Both the position numbers and the translations under genes were made by a program. Positions 48,955 through 56,959 of a DNA stretch of 59,830 nucleotides are shown here, piece after piece. The stretch's first letter is position 1. Every line of letters starts with the position of its first letter. The notes under the pieces were generated by a model, which was not told the origin of the DNA, ran no database searches, and saw nothing but the letters and a program-made list of their open reading frames with translations. The DNA is from an uncultured Bacteroidota bacterium (GTDB lineage Bacteria; Bacteroidota; Bacteroidia; Bacteroidales; CG2-30-32-10): NCBI GenBank assembly GCA_903889915.1, contig CAISZK010000133.1, positions 1 through 59,830 on the forward strand, written 5' to 3'.

Positions 48955-49389
48955 TTAATTTTCCGTTTTAATTTGAGTTTCATTTGCAATGGATCCCAGT
49001 TCCGTTAATATCTTACTGAAGTTGTCCATGTGACCGGCGAAAGGCTCAGCACATACAGAACAAATAGCAGCCATGCGGATTCTTTTAGGGCTGATATTTT
49101 TTTCTTTCATTATCGTTTGCGAATCGGTAATGATCTTGTTGGTATGCTCTGCACATTTGGGACTGTAAGAACATTCATGACCATCGGCAGCAATGAATAC
49201 ACCATCGAAACCCTGTTCAAATGCATGCAATATCCATCGTGGTTTAATACCGGAAGAACAAGGCGTGCTTATCACATAAACGGCGGGTGAATAATGTATC
49301 TTTCTTAACCCTGCCTGATCAATACCGGGATCAGAGATCTTATCCGTTGAAAAGACAAGTATCTTTGGTTTGAATGCTGTGTTTTCCAT
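48955..49389 (-). CDS. MvhD/FlpD-like [2Fe-2S] subunit
   Basis: KILVF...G.D.AG...PCSS.I.P..IL.AF..G.DGV; ICSVC. Confidence 0.82.
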   Translation of the reverse strand: MENTAFKPKILVFSTDKISDPGIDQAGLRKIHYSPAVYVISTPCSSGIKPRWILHAFEQGFDGVFIAADGHECSYSPKCAEHTNKIITDSQTIMKEKNISPKRIRMAAICSVCAEPFAGHMDNFSKILTELGSIANETQIKTEN

Positions 49390-49508
49390 AATTTTATTCT
49401 ATTTATTATCCAATATTCTTGCAGGACACCAATTAATTGATATCTCTTTACTACTTACTAAATAAACTGAATGAAGAAAAAGCTGAAAACCCTTTTGACT
49501 TTGGGTAT

Positions 49509-49760
49509 TTAAACTTTCTTTAAAAATAAACGTGTATAACTGTCCTCTTCCACTATACCAAGAAACTCATGATCCATTTTTTCACACCATCTTGGTATAT
49601 CATGTTTGGTGCCTTCATCTGAAGACAATACTTCCATAATGTCTCCTGATTCAATATCACCAATTGCTTTTTTTGCTGCTAACAATGGTCCAGGGCAGGC
49701 AGTACCTCTTGCATCTACAATCTGATTTGCAGTTAATCCTTTTAATTCTTCTGTTGTCAT
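49509..49760 (-). CDS. TusA-family sulfurtransferase
   Basis: DARGTACPGP...DIPRWC. Confidence 0.9.
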   Translation of the reverse strand: MTTEELKGLTANQIVDARGTACPGPLLAAKKAIGDIESGDIMEVLSSDEGTKHDIPRWCEKMDHEFLGIVEEDSYTRLFLKKV

Positions 49761-49781
49761 TTTCTTGTTTGTTTTTAATAT

Positions 49782-50327
49782 TTAAATAAATAATTGCACT
49801 TTACTTTCGGAAGCGTCAGCAAGGAATGTTGCAACCCCGCAGATGTTCATATTGGGATAATCAATCATCTCCTCTTTCTTAAATCCCATCAGGTTCATTG
49901 ACATTTCGCAGATATTAATATCAACGCCCAATTCACCGGCGGTGGCAAACATTTCATCAAGAGATGCTACCTTATTCTTTTTCATGATGCCTTTTATCAT
50001 TGATGTTCCCATCCCTGCCATGTTCATTTTTGACAGTTTTATTTTGTTGCGTCCTTTGGGAAGCATCATTCCAAACATTTTCGACATGAAATCCTTGCCA
50101 TTTACTTTTTTCTTTGGATCACGCAAGGCCGCAGTCGCCCAGAAAGTAAAGAAAAGTTTAACTTTCATATCCATTGCCGTGGCGCCGGTCGCGATAATCA
50201 TTGCGGCAAGTATTTTATCTAGGTCTCCTGAAAAGACCACCATTGACAGTTGATCTTTTGTGCCTTTTTCCATTTTATTGACTTTCTTTTGTAAGTCGGA
50301 TAACTGTTTTTCAAAATCCATTTCCAT
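49782..50327 (-). CDS. DsrE2/DrsE-family protein
   Basis: FSGDLDK...FFTFW...CEMSM...GVATFL. Confidence 0.88.
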   Translation of the reverse strand: MEMDFEKQLSDLQKKVNKMEKGTKDQLSMVVFSGDLDKILAAMIIATGATAMDMKVKLFFTFWATAALRDPKKKVNGKDFMSKMFGMMLPKGRNKIKLSKMNMAGMGTSMIKGIMKKNKVASLDEMFATAGELGVDINICEMSMNLMGFKKEEMIDYPNMNICGVATFLADASESKVQLFI

Positions 50328-50408
50328 TGTATAAATTTTTATGATGCAAAATTATCTTAATGATTTCATTTAGGTAAAGAAAGGTCCGTGGGATAACTCA
50401 ATGCAATA

Positions 50409-50424
50409 TGTGACATTTGTCACA
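50409..50424. promoter_or_regulatory. Perfect CRP/FNR-family box TGTGA-N6-TCACA in a divergent promoter
   Basis: tgtgacatttgtcaca; -7 motifs at 50347-50354 (minus) and 50436-50443 (plus). Confidence 0.75.
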
Positions 50425-50465
50425 CCTAAATTTCGTAACTTTGCAATATATTTCAGGCTATAACC

Positions 50466-51146
50466 ATGACTCAACATAAATGTTCGGACTGCCAGATCAA
50501 ATCAGCAGCATCAAAGAATCTCACCATTAAAGAATTTGAAATTCTTGAAACAAATAGCGCTCGCGTGAATTTTAAGAAAGGAGAGATCATTTTTAAACAG
50601 GATGCATTATCCTTAAATGTTGTTTATCTCAGAAGCGGTCTTGTGAAAATACACATGAAAGGACCTTCACATGAAAAGATATTACGCATCATGAAGGCCC
50701 CGTCGTACCTGGGAATTCCTACATCAATGGGAGAAAAAATAAATCAGTTTTCAGCTACTGCAATTGAAGATACTTCTGTTTGTTTTATTGACAGCAATAT
50801 TTTCAGGAACTTTATTTATACGAACGGTCGCTTTGCATACGAAGTTATTCTTGAGCTTTGCCGCAATGAGCTTTTCGATTATCAGCGTTATGCCAGTCTT
50901 GCTCAAAAGCAGATTGCCGGTCTTGTTGCTGAAACCTTATTATGTTTCTCAGATAAAATTTATGAGAGTGATCATTTCAATATACCAATAACACGTTCTG
51001 ATATGGCAGATTTGATAGGCACTTCACGTGAAAGTGTAAGCAGGGTGCTCACTGACATGAACAATGAAAAAATTATTGAACTTGATTCGAGTTCTCTGAC
51101 AATATTGAAAAGGGAGTTGCTGCAACAAATCAGTGAAAAGGGATAA
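50466..51146 (+). CDS. Crp/Fnr-family transcriptional regulator
   Basis: N-terminal CxxC; cNMP-like barrel; TRSDMADLIGTSRESVSR HTH. Confidence 0.9.
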   Translation: MTQHKCSDCQIKSAASKNLTIKEFEILETNSARVNFKKGEIIFKQDALSLNVVYLRSGLVKIHMKGPSHEKILRIMKAPSYLGIPTSMGEKINQFSATAIEDTSVCFIDSNIFRNFIYTNGRFAYEVILELCRNELFDYQRYASLAQKQIAGLVAETLLCFSDKIYESDHFNIPITRSDMADLIGTSRESVSRVLTDMNNEKIIELDSSSLTILKRELLQQISEKG

Positions 51147-51147
51147 T
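51037..51147 (+). repeat. 111-bp direct repeat, left copy (3' end of the crp gene)
   Basis: Colinear with 52980-53090 (offset 1943, about 10 mismatches by eye). Confidence 0.9.
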
Positions 51148-51306
51148 GACTTTGGTCAAAATGATATTAGATGACTTTTAAATTTAAAAGAATTGAAGTA
51201 TCTAACCAAAATGGCGCAACTTGCTACGATTGACTTATATTCATTACCGATAATCATTTACATTCAATTTTATTTTTACCTTTGTAATCCTTAAAGAGTT
51301 AATAAA

Positions 51307-52428
51307 ATGGAAAACAGAATAACGAATCTGGAGATAAAAAATTTTAAATCCATTAAAGAAGCTAAGTTTGATTGTAAAAGGATAAATGTTTTTATAGGCG
51401 AACCTAATGTGGGTAAATCAAACATACTGGAAGCTTTGAGTTTGTTTGTTTCCCCAACATGCGCTTTGGATATTCCGATTCTGAAGGATTATATCAGGTA
51501 TGAAAAAACATCCAACCTGTTTTATGACAACGATAGAAAAAACACTATTAGTGTGAAGACAAATATTGGCGTAGTGTACCTACGATTTCACTTGAATTCA
51601 ATAAATGCTTATGATATTACTATCGGACCAGATGACAATCTTCCTGAAATATTTAAAAATTCGGAAGCAATTAATTTGAATGAAATAATAAAAACTTTTG
51701 ACAATTATCGCGATTCAATTAAAGACACTACAAATAGACTGCCTAAAGTAATGCCTTTTTATCATTCTTTCAGAGAAGGTGAAAATTTTACTTCGGCTGC
51801 TAATTATAGAAATTTTGATCTATCATACAGCGTTGCAATAAAAAGATATATTTTCAAATCTCTTTCTAAACTTACAAGTCCTTACACTTTATTTTTAAGA
51901 CCACCTTATGGTGATAATCTTGTTTCTATTTTGGAGAGTAATCCAACCCTTTTTGATGAAGTGAGTGCTTTTTTTACAAATTATGGTTTGGACCTTTTGC
52001 TAGATACAGTAGAAAGCAGTTTAAGTGTTCAAAAAAGAGTTAAGAACAGGGTTTATAAAGTCCCATTTTCTTTATCAGCTGATACATTGCAAAGAATAAT
52101 ATTTCACCTGGCAGCCATTGAAACAAATGATAAATCAATTCTTTTATTTGAAGAACCGGAAGCTCATTCGTATCCTCCTTACATTTCGTTGTTGGCGGAA
52201 AAAATGATAGAAAGCAAGAACAACCAATTTTTCATAACCACTCACAGCCCTTATATTCTCACACCTTTCATTGAGCAATGTTCTCATGATGATGTAGCAA
52301 TATTTGTTTGCACTTATGAAAACTATGAAACCAAAATTAAAGAACTATCATCGGAAGAAGTTACAAACATTATGGAAACAGGAATTGATCTGTTTTACAA
52401 TTTACCTGCTTTCGAACATAAGAAATAA
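51307..52428 (+). CDS. AAA_15/AAA_21-like (OLD/AbiEii-type) ATPase
   Basis: IKNFKSI...GEPNVGKSNILEAL Walker A; FEEPEAH Walker B; ITTHSPY. Confidence 0.88.
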   Translation: MENRITNLEIKNFKSIKEAKFDCKRINVFIGEPNVGKSNILEALSLFVSPTCALDIPILKDYIRYEKTSNLFYDNDRKNTISVKTNIGVVYLRFHLNSINAYDITIGPDDNLPEIFKNSEAINLNEIIKTFDNYRDSIKDTTNRLPKVMPFYHSFREGENFTSAANYRNFDLSYSVAIKRYIFKSLSKLTSPYTLFLRPPYGDNLVSILESNPTLFDEVSAFFTNYGLDLLLDTVESSLSVQKRVKNRVYKVPFSLSADTLQRIIFHLAAIETNDKSILLFEEPEAHSYPPYISLLAEKMIESKNNQFFITTHSPYILTPFIEQCSHDDVAIFVCTYENYETKIKELSSEEVTNIMETGIDLFYNLPAFEHKK

Positions 52429-52436
52429 TCACAGGG

Positions 52437-52946
52437 ATGATAGAGGTAAAAAGAATAATTCCGGAGTGCAATGCCGATACTTTATTGGTAGAATTAATTA
52501 TGCAGCGAGGGAAACCCGGACATCGAAATGGAAAAACAGAAGTTTTAAAAGCGCTTGAAGAATTTGATGATGATACCAGATTTATTATTGGATTAATTGA
52601 TAGTGATAAATTCAAAAGAACATATAATTATTGCGATGAATTCACAATCACCCGTGAAGATAAAGTAACTGATCAGGGACTTTTAATAAAACAACATTCC
52701 AATTCCAATAAATATTTGATATTTGTCTGCCCAGCTTTTGAAAAATGGATTTTACAATTGGCTGAAGAGAATGGGATCAATCCCTCTGATTATGGATATG
52801 ATTCTTTTGAGTCTTTATGCAATGCCTCAAAAAGAAATGAAATCCGTGAAGATAAAGATTTCAAGAAATTCGTAAATGCAGTTATACAGAAAAACCCTCC
52901 TGCAATTGCTACTTTGAAGAGGTGGTTTGAAAAAGTATTTGAGTAA
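52437..52946 (+). CDS. Hypothetical protein with TOPRIM-like motifs, probable ATPase partner
   Basis: IIPECNAD (conserved Glu), GLIDSD (DxD), PAFEKW; 8 bp after the ATPase gene. Confidence 0.55.
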   Translation: MIEVKRIIPECNADTLLVELIMQRGKPGHRNGKTEVLKALEEFDDDTRFIIGLIDSDKFKRTYNYCDEFTITREDKVTDQGLLIKQHSNSNKYLIFVCPAFEKWILQLAEENGINPSDYGYDSFESLCNASKRNEIREDKDFKKFVNAVIQKNPPAIATLKRWFEKVFE

Positions 52947-52979
52947 TTTCTTTTTCCAACATTATCAGAGTTTCAATTT

Positions 52980-53090
52980 TAAGCAGGGTGCTCACTGACA
53001 TGAACAATGAAAAAAATATCGAACTTGATTCGAGTTCTCTAAAGATTTTGAAAAAGGAATTGCTGCAACAAATCAGCGACAAGGGATAAT
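52980..53090 (+). pseudogene. Displaced duplicate of the crp 3' end (right copy of the direct repeat)
   Basis: Translates SRVLTDMNNEKNIELDSSSLKILKKELLQQISDKG* versus SRVLTDMNNEKIIELDSSSLTILKRELLQQISEKG*. Confidence 0.85.
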
Positions 53091-53093
53091 AAA

Positions 53094-53263
53094 GTCAATG
53101 GTCATTGGTCATTGGTCATTGGTCACTGGTCATTGGTCAAAAGTCTGTAGATAGCCAACAATAGTCATTGGTCAATTTCAATCAACATGAAAACGATAAG
53201 ATTGCATGAGCGCGTTTCGCGGAATGACTTTTGACCATTGACTTATGACTATTGACCAATGAC
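53094..53263. repeat. Inverted GGTCATT / AATGACC heptamer arrays
   Basis: ggtcattggtcattggtcattggtcactggtcatt ... tgaccattgacttatgactattgaccaatgac. Confidence 0.75.
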
Positions 53264-53274
53264 ATTCCACGTTC

Positions 53275-53976
53275 TTACCCATTTTTGCTTATCTGTTTTA
53301 CGAGGTCCATGTTGAGTATCTTTATTCTTTTATCGGTGATGTTGATGATCCCTTCCGATTTGAATTGCGTGATTATTCTTGCTGTGTTTTCTCTTGAAAT
53401 ACCTATCAGTTCTGACAATTCCTGCCTTGTCAAGTTAATCTCAAATGAATTGGATTCATAGATCTGCTCTGACAAATAGATAAGCATCTCTGCAAAACGG
53501 CCATTGGTGTTTTTCTGGCTGTGTTTGATGAAATTATAATTCACCTGCAGGCTTTCTTTGCTCAGATATTTCAGCAATTCAAAAGAGAAATCACCGCTTT
53601 CCTTCACCAGGCGTTTGAAAATATCAATATCTATGTAGCATATTTTCAGGTCCAGCAATGCGGCATAAGAATAATGATTCACCTTGTCACCAAAGAGAGA
53701 ATGCAATCCCAGGTAGGAATGAGGCTTTATGATTTGAATGATCAATGATTTGCTGTTCGGGCTGTTCAGGTATTCCTTAACATAGCCTGTTTTCAGGTAA
53801 ACAATATGCGAATTCAAAGCACCGGAATGAAGTATCACCTCACCCTTTTTCAACTCAACTTCTTTGCTGTTGCTATTTAATAATTCAAGCTGTTTCAGTG
53901 TAAGCACAGAAGCTGCGCATGATTTGTCTTTGCAATCAACACAATTACATTTTCCGGTATTTTCAAAAGGACTCAT
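53275..53976 (-). CDS. Crp/Fnr-family regulator with N-terminal Cys cluster
   Basis: CNCVDCKDKSC; TRQELSELIGISRENTAR HTH. Confidence 0.9.
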   Translation of the reverse strand: MSPFENTGKCNCVDCKDKSCAASVLTLKQLELLNSNSKEVELKKGEVILHSGALNSHIVYLKTGYVKEYLNSPNSKSLIIQIIKPHSYLGLHSLFGDKVNHYSYAALLDLKICYIDIDIFKRLVKESGDFSFELLKYLSKESLQVNYNFIKHSQKNTNGRFAEMLIYLSEQIYESNSFEINLTRQELSELIGISRENTARIITQFKSEGIINITDKRIKILNMDLVKQISKNG

Positions 53977-54064
53977 AATGATAAATGTTCTTAGAAAAGA
54001 ACTACTACAAAGGTCTTAATAAAAATCCGTATAACACCAACATTTGCTAAATAACATTGGTCAA

Positions 54065-54080
54065 TGTGATTTATAGCACA
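54065..54080. promoter_or_regulatory. CRP/FNR-family box, one mismatch
   Basis: tgtgatttatagcaca in the divergent intergenic region. Confidence 0.55.
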
Positions 54081-54210
54081 TGATGCAAGTATGAATATCA
54101 CAGGGGTTTTAAGACAGCTCATTGAAAATCTGTGGAAATTTGCAAACGTTGATTGTAATAAAACACAAGGCTCATTACAACGGATTTTTAAAAATTAAAA
54201 ATTACTGAAA

Positions 54211-54573
54211 ATGATCATAAAAATAGCAATACCGACAAGCGACAGGATCAATATTTCTGATGACCTGCTAAGTTGTGAATTCTTCAAAATAATTGAAGTG
54301 GAATGTGGAAAGATCACAGGAGAGATTTTTTTGCAGAACAAACAATTCAAAGCTGCCAACATGAATGAAGAAGCCAATCTTGAAAGTGTAAACAATACTT
54401 TATCCGGCTGTGACTTCATAATTTCAAGCTTGGAAAGTGATGAACTGAAAAATTATTTCACCGGAAAAGGAAAAGAAATTGCAGTTACAACTGAGAAGAT
54501 ACTTTCCAATGTTGCTTTCAGTTTCATCAGTGAGTTGATCCGCAAAGAAAGTAACACCTGTTGCTGTCCCTGA
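54211..54573 (+). CDS. NifB/NifX-like protein with C-terminal CCCP
   Basis: KIAIPTSD...FKIIEVE.G.I...L.GCD.IIS. Confidence 0.7.
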   Translation: MIIKIAIPTSDRINISDDLLSCEFFKIIEVECGKITGEIFLQNKQFKAANMNEEANLESVNNTLSGCDFIISSLESDELKNYFTGKGKEIAVTTEKILSNVAFSFISELIRKESNTCCCP

Positions 54574-54610
54574 AAACAAACACAAATTGACAATAATTTT
54601 ATCCTGAATA

Positions 54611-55774
54611 ATGGAAGATTTAATTTATCTTGATAACAGCGCTACGGCATTTCCGAAGCCAAAAGAAGTTTACGACTTCATGTTTGAATACTACAAAACA
54701 CATGGGGTTAGTCCTGGCCGTGCCGGTTACGACATGTGCCTCGCTGCTGAAGAAACAGTGTATTCCACAAGGAAAATGCTTACTGAATTTTTCAATGGTG
54801 ATGATCCAAACCGTTTAACTTTTAGTTACAATGCCAGCGATTCCCTGAACATGATCATTGAAGGGATTCTCAGCAAGGGCGACCATGTTATTACAAGCAA
54901 TCTTGAGCACAATTCTGTTCTGCGTCCGCTATATCACAAACTTCATGATGGTGTGATTGATGTTACTTATATTCCTTTTGATAAAAAGGGATACATCAAC
55001 CCCGATGATGTGAAAAAAGCCTTCAGGAAAAACACCAAAATGGTTATTCTGAATCATGCTTCAAATGTTGTAGGCACTGTTCAGCCTATTGCAGAAGTTG
55101 GCAAGCATTGCAGGAAAGCAGGAATTTTGTTTGCTATTGATGCCAGCCAGTCGGCAGGGATTGTAAAGATTGACATGCAGGCAATGAACATTGATATGAT
55201 TGCATTCACAGGGCACAAATGCCTGATGGGACCAACAGGTATCGGTGGTTTGTGTGTGGCAGATCATGTTGACATTAAAGCTTCGCGTTATGGAGGCACA
55301 GGTGTTCGCTCTGCTCATAAATTTCATCTCGATGAATTTCCTTACCGATTGGAATGCGGGACACAGAATATTGTAGGAATTGCAGGATTGTATGCCGGCC
55401 AGAAATGGCTGCGTGAAAAAGGCATTGAGAAAATTCACGAACAGGAAATTTCACTCTGGGATAAACTCAGAAAAGAGTTGCAGAACATAGACAAAGTTAC
55501 AACATACTGCGCCGACAGCAGGGATAATCATATTTCAGTTTTAAGCTTTAACATAAAGGGGATCGAAGCCAGTGAAGTGGGAACTATGCTTGATGTGGAT
55601 CACAACATTGCCTGCCGAACAGGATTGCAATGCGCTCCTCTTGTTCATGAGCAACTGGGAACTGACAAAATACACGGCACTGTGCGTTTTGGCATAGGTC
55701 CTTTCAATACTGAACAGCATATTGATGCTGCAATTGCAGCAGTGAAAGAAATAGCATCACTATCTAAAAATTAA
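54611..55774 (+). CDS. Cysteine desulfurase-family (class V PLP) enzyme
   Basis: YLDNSAT, EHNSV, DASQSAG, FTGHK, RTGLQCAP. Confidence 0.9.
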   Translation: MEDLIYLDNSATAFPKPKEVYDFMFEYYKTHGVSPGRAGYDMCLAAEETVYSTRKMLTEFFNGDDPNRLTFSYNASDSLNMIIEGILSKGDHVITSNLEHNSVLRPLYHKLHDGVIDVTYIPFDKKGYINPDDVKKAFRKNTKMVILNHASNVVGTVQPIAEVGKHCRKAGILFAIDASQSAGIVKIDMQAMNIDMIAFTGHKCLMGPTGIGGLCVADHVDIKASRYGGTGVRSAHKFHLDEFPYRLECGTQNIVGIAGLYAGQKWLREKGIEKIHEQEISLWDKLRKELQNIDKVTTYCADSRDNHISVLSFNIKGIEASEVGTMLDVDHNIACRTGLQCAPLVHEQLGTDKIHGTVRFGIGPFNTEQHIDAAIAAVKEIASLSKN

Positions 55775-55962
55775 AACTTAGTAAAACACACACAATCTTC
55801 TCTTGATTATTTCATCGAATTACGAATTCTTTACGAATATACGAATTACGAAAAAAGGGTGAAATCAATAATTGAAAACTATGGTTTACTAACAGTAATT
55901 AGAATAATGATGCAATTTTGAAAACAACTAACAACAAACAACAAACTTTTTAAACAAACATT

Positions 55963-56280
55963 ATGGCAATATTGAATATCGAAGGAAAAGAATTTGAAGT
56001 TGACGGTGATGGTTTCCTGCAGCATCCGGAAATATGGAATGATGAGGTAGCGCAACTGTTGGCAAGAGCTGATGGAACCGGCGAATTAAATGAAAAACAC
56101 TGGGCAATTGTTCACTTTATAAGAAGTCATTGGCTCGAAACAAGCATGGCTCCGATGATCCGCAAAATGTGTCAGACGACGAATGTGCGTTTAAAGGAAA
56201 TCTATGAATTGTTTCCGATGGGACCGGCAAAAGGAGCGTGTAAGATTGCTGGGTTGCCTAAGCCGGATGGGTGTGTTTAA
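55963..56280 (+). CDS. DsrC/TusE-family sulfur carrier with the two-Cys C-X10-C tail
   Basis: DGDGFL..P..W...HW...LFP.GPAKGACKIAGLPKPDGCV. Confidence 0.9.
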   Translation: MAILNIEGKEFEVDGDGFLQHPEIWNDEVAQLLARADGTGELNEKHWAIVHFIRSHWLETSMAPMIRKMCQTTNVRLKEIYELFPMGPAKGACKIAGLPKPDGCV

Positions 56281-56285
56281 GAAAA

Positions 56286-56326
56286 TAGTCATTAGTCAAT
56301 GGTCATTGGTCATTGGTCAATAGTCA
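56286..56326. repeat. RGTCAWT heptamer array
   Basis: tagtcattagtcaatggtcattggtcattggtcaatagtcaa. Confidence 0.7.
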
Positions 56327-56338
56327 AAAAAAATTGTG

Positions 56339-56959
56339 ATGACAGTTTATAGCTGGATACTGCTTGCAGGTTTTGGGGTGTTTTTTATTTCTGCATTGGT
56401 AATGTTTTTTACAACATTATTAAAAAAAGGGATCAACGATCCTGCAGTTGCAAAAGGAAAAATAAGTTCTGCAATTGCTTATTCTTTCACAAGCGCTATG
56501 TCGCCGTTGAAGAAAGAATCGGCATATCTGCATTGGCCAACTTATACAGCAGGTATGATTTTTCATATCGGAACATTTCTGAGTTTTTTCTTATTGTTTA
56601 TTTTATTTTTCAATATTAATCTACCTGTCGTTATCATTGATTTGGCTGCTGCATTTTTAATAATTTCAGGAATATCAGGAGTATTAATTTTGATAAAAAG
56701 AGTAATAAAAAAAGAACTCAGGCAGCTTTCAAATCCTGATGACTATATTAGCAACATACTTGTCACGGCTTTCCAGATAATAACCGGAGCCACTTTATTT
56801 TTTCAATTTTCCACTCCACTATTGTTCGTATATGCCGCCATACTGTTTCTTTATATGCCTGTCGGCAAACTCAGACATGCAATTTATTTTTTCACTTCGC
56901 GGATCTATCTCGGAAAATATTTTGGTAAACGCGGCGTCTGGCCTGCAAAATCACATTGA
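56339..56959 (+). CDS. NarI/DsrM-like membrane subunit
   Basis: About 5 TM helices; FHIG; LRQLSNPDDY; P.GKLRH. Confidence 0.7.
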   Translation: MTVYSWILLAGFGVFFISALVMFFTTLLKKGINDPAVAKGKISSAIAYSFTSAMSPLKKESAYLHWPTYTAGMIFHIGTFLSFFLLFILFFNINLPVVIIDLAAAFLIISGISGVLILIKRVIKKELRQLSNPDDYISNILVTAFQIITGATLFFQFSTPLLFVYAAILFLYMPVGKLRHAIYFFTSRIYLGKYFGKRGVWPAKSH

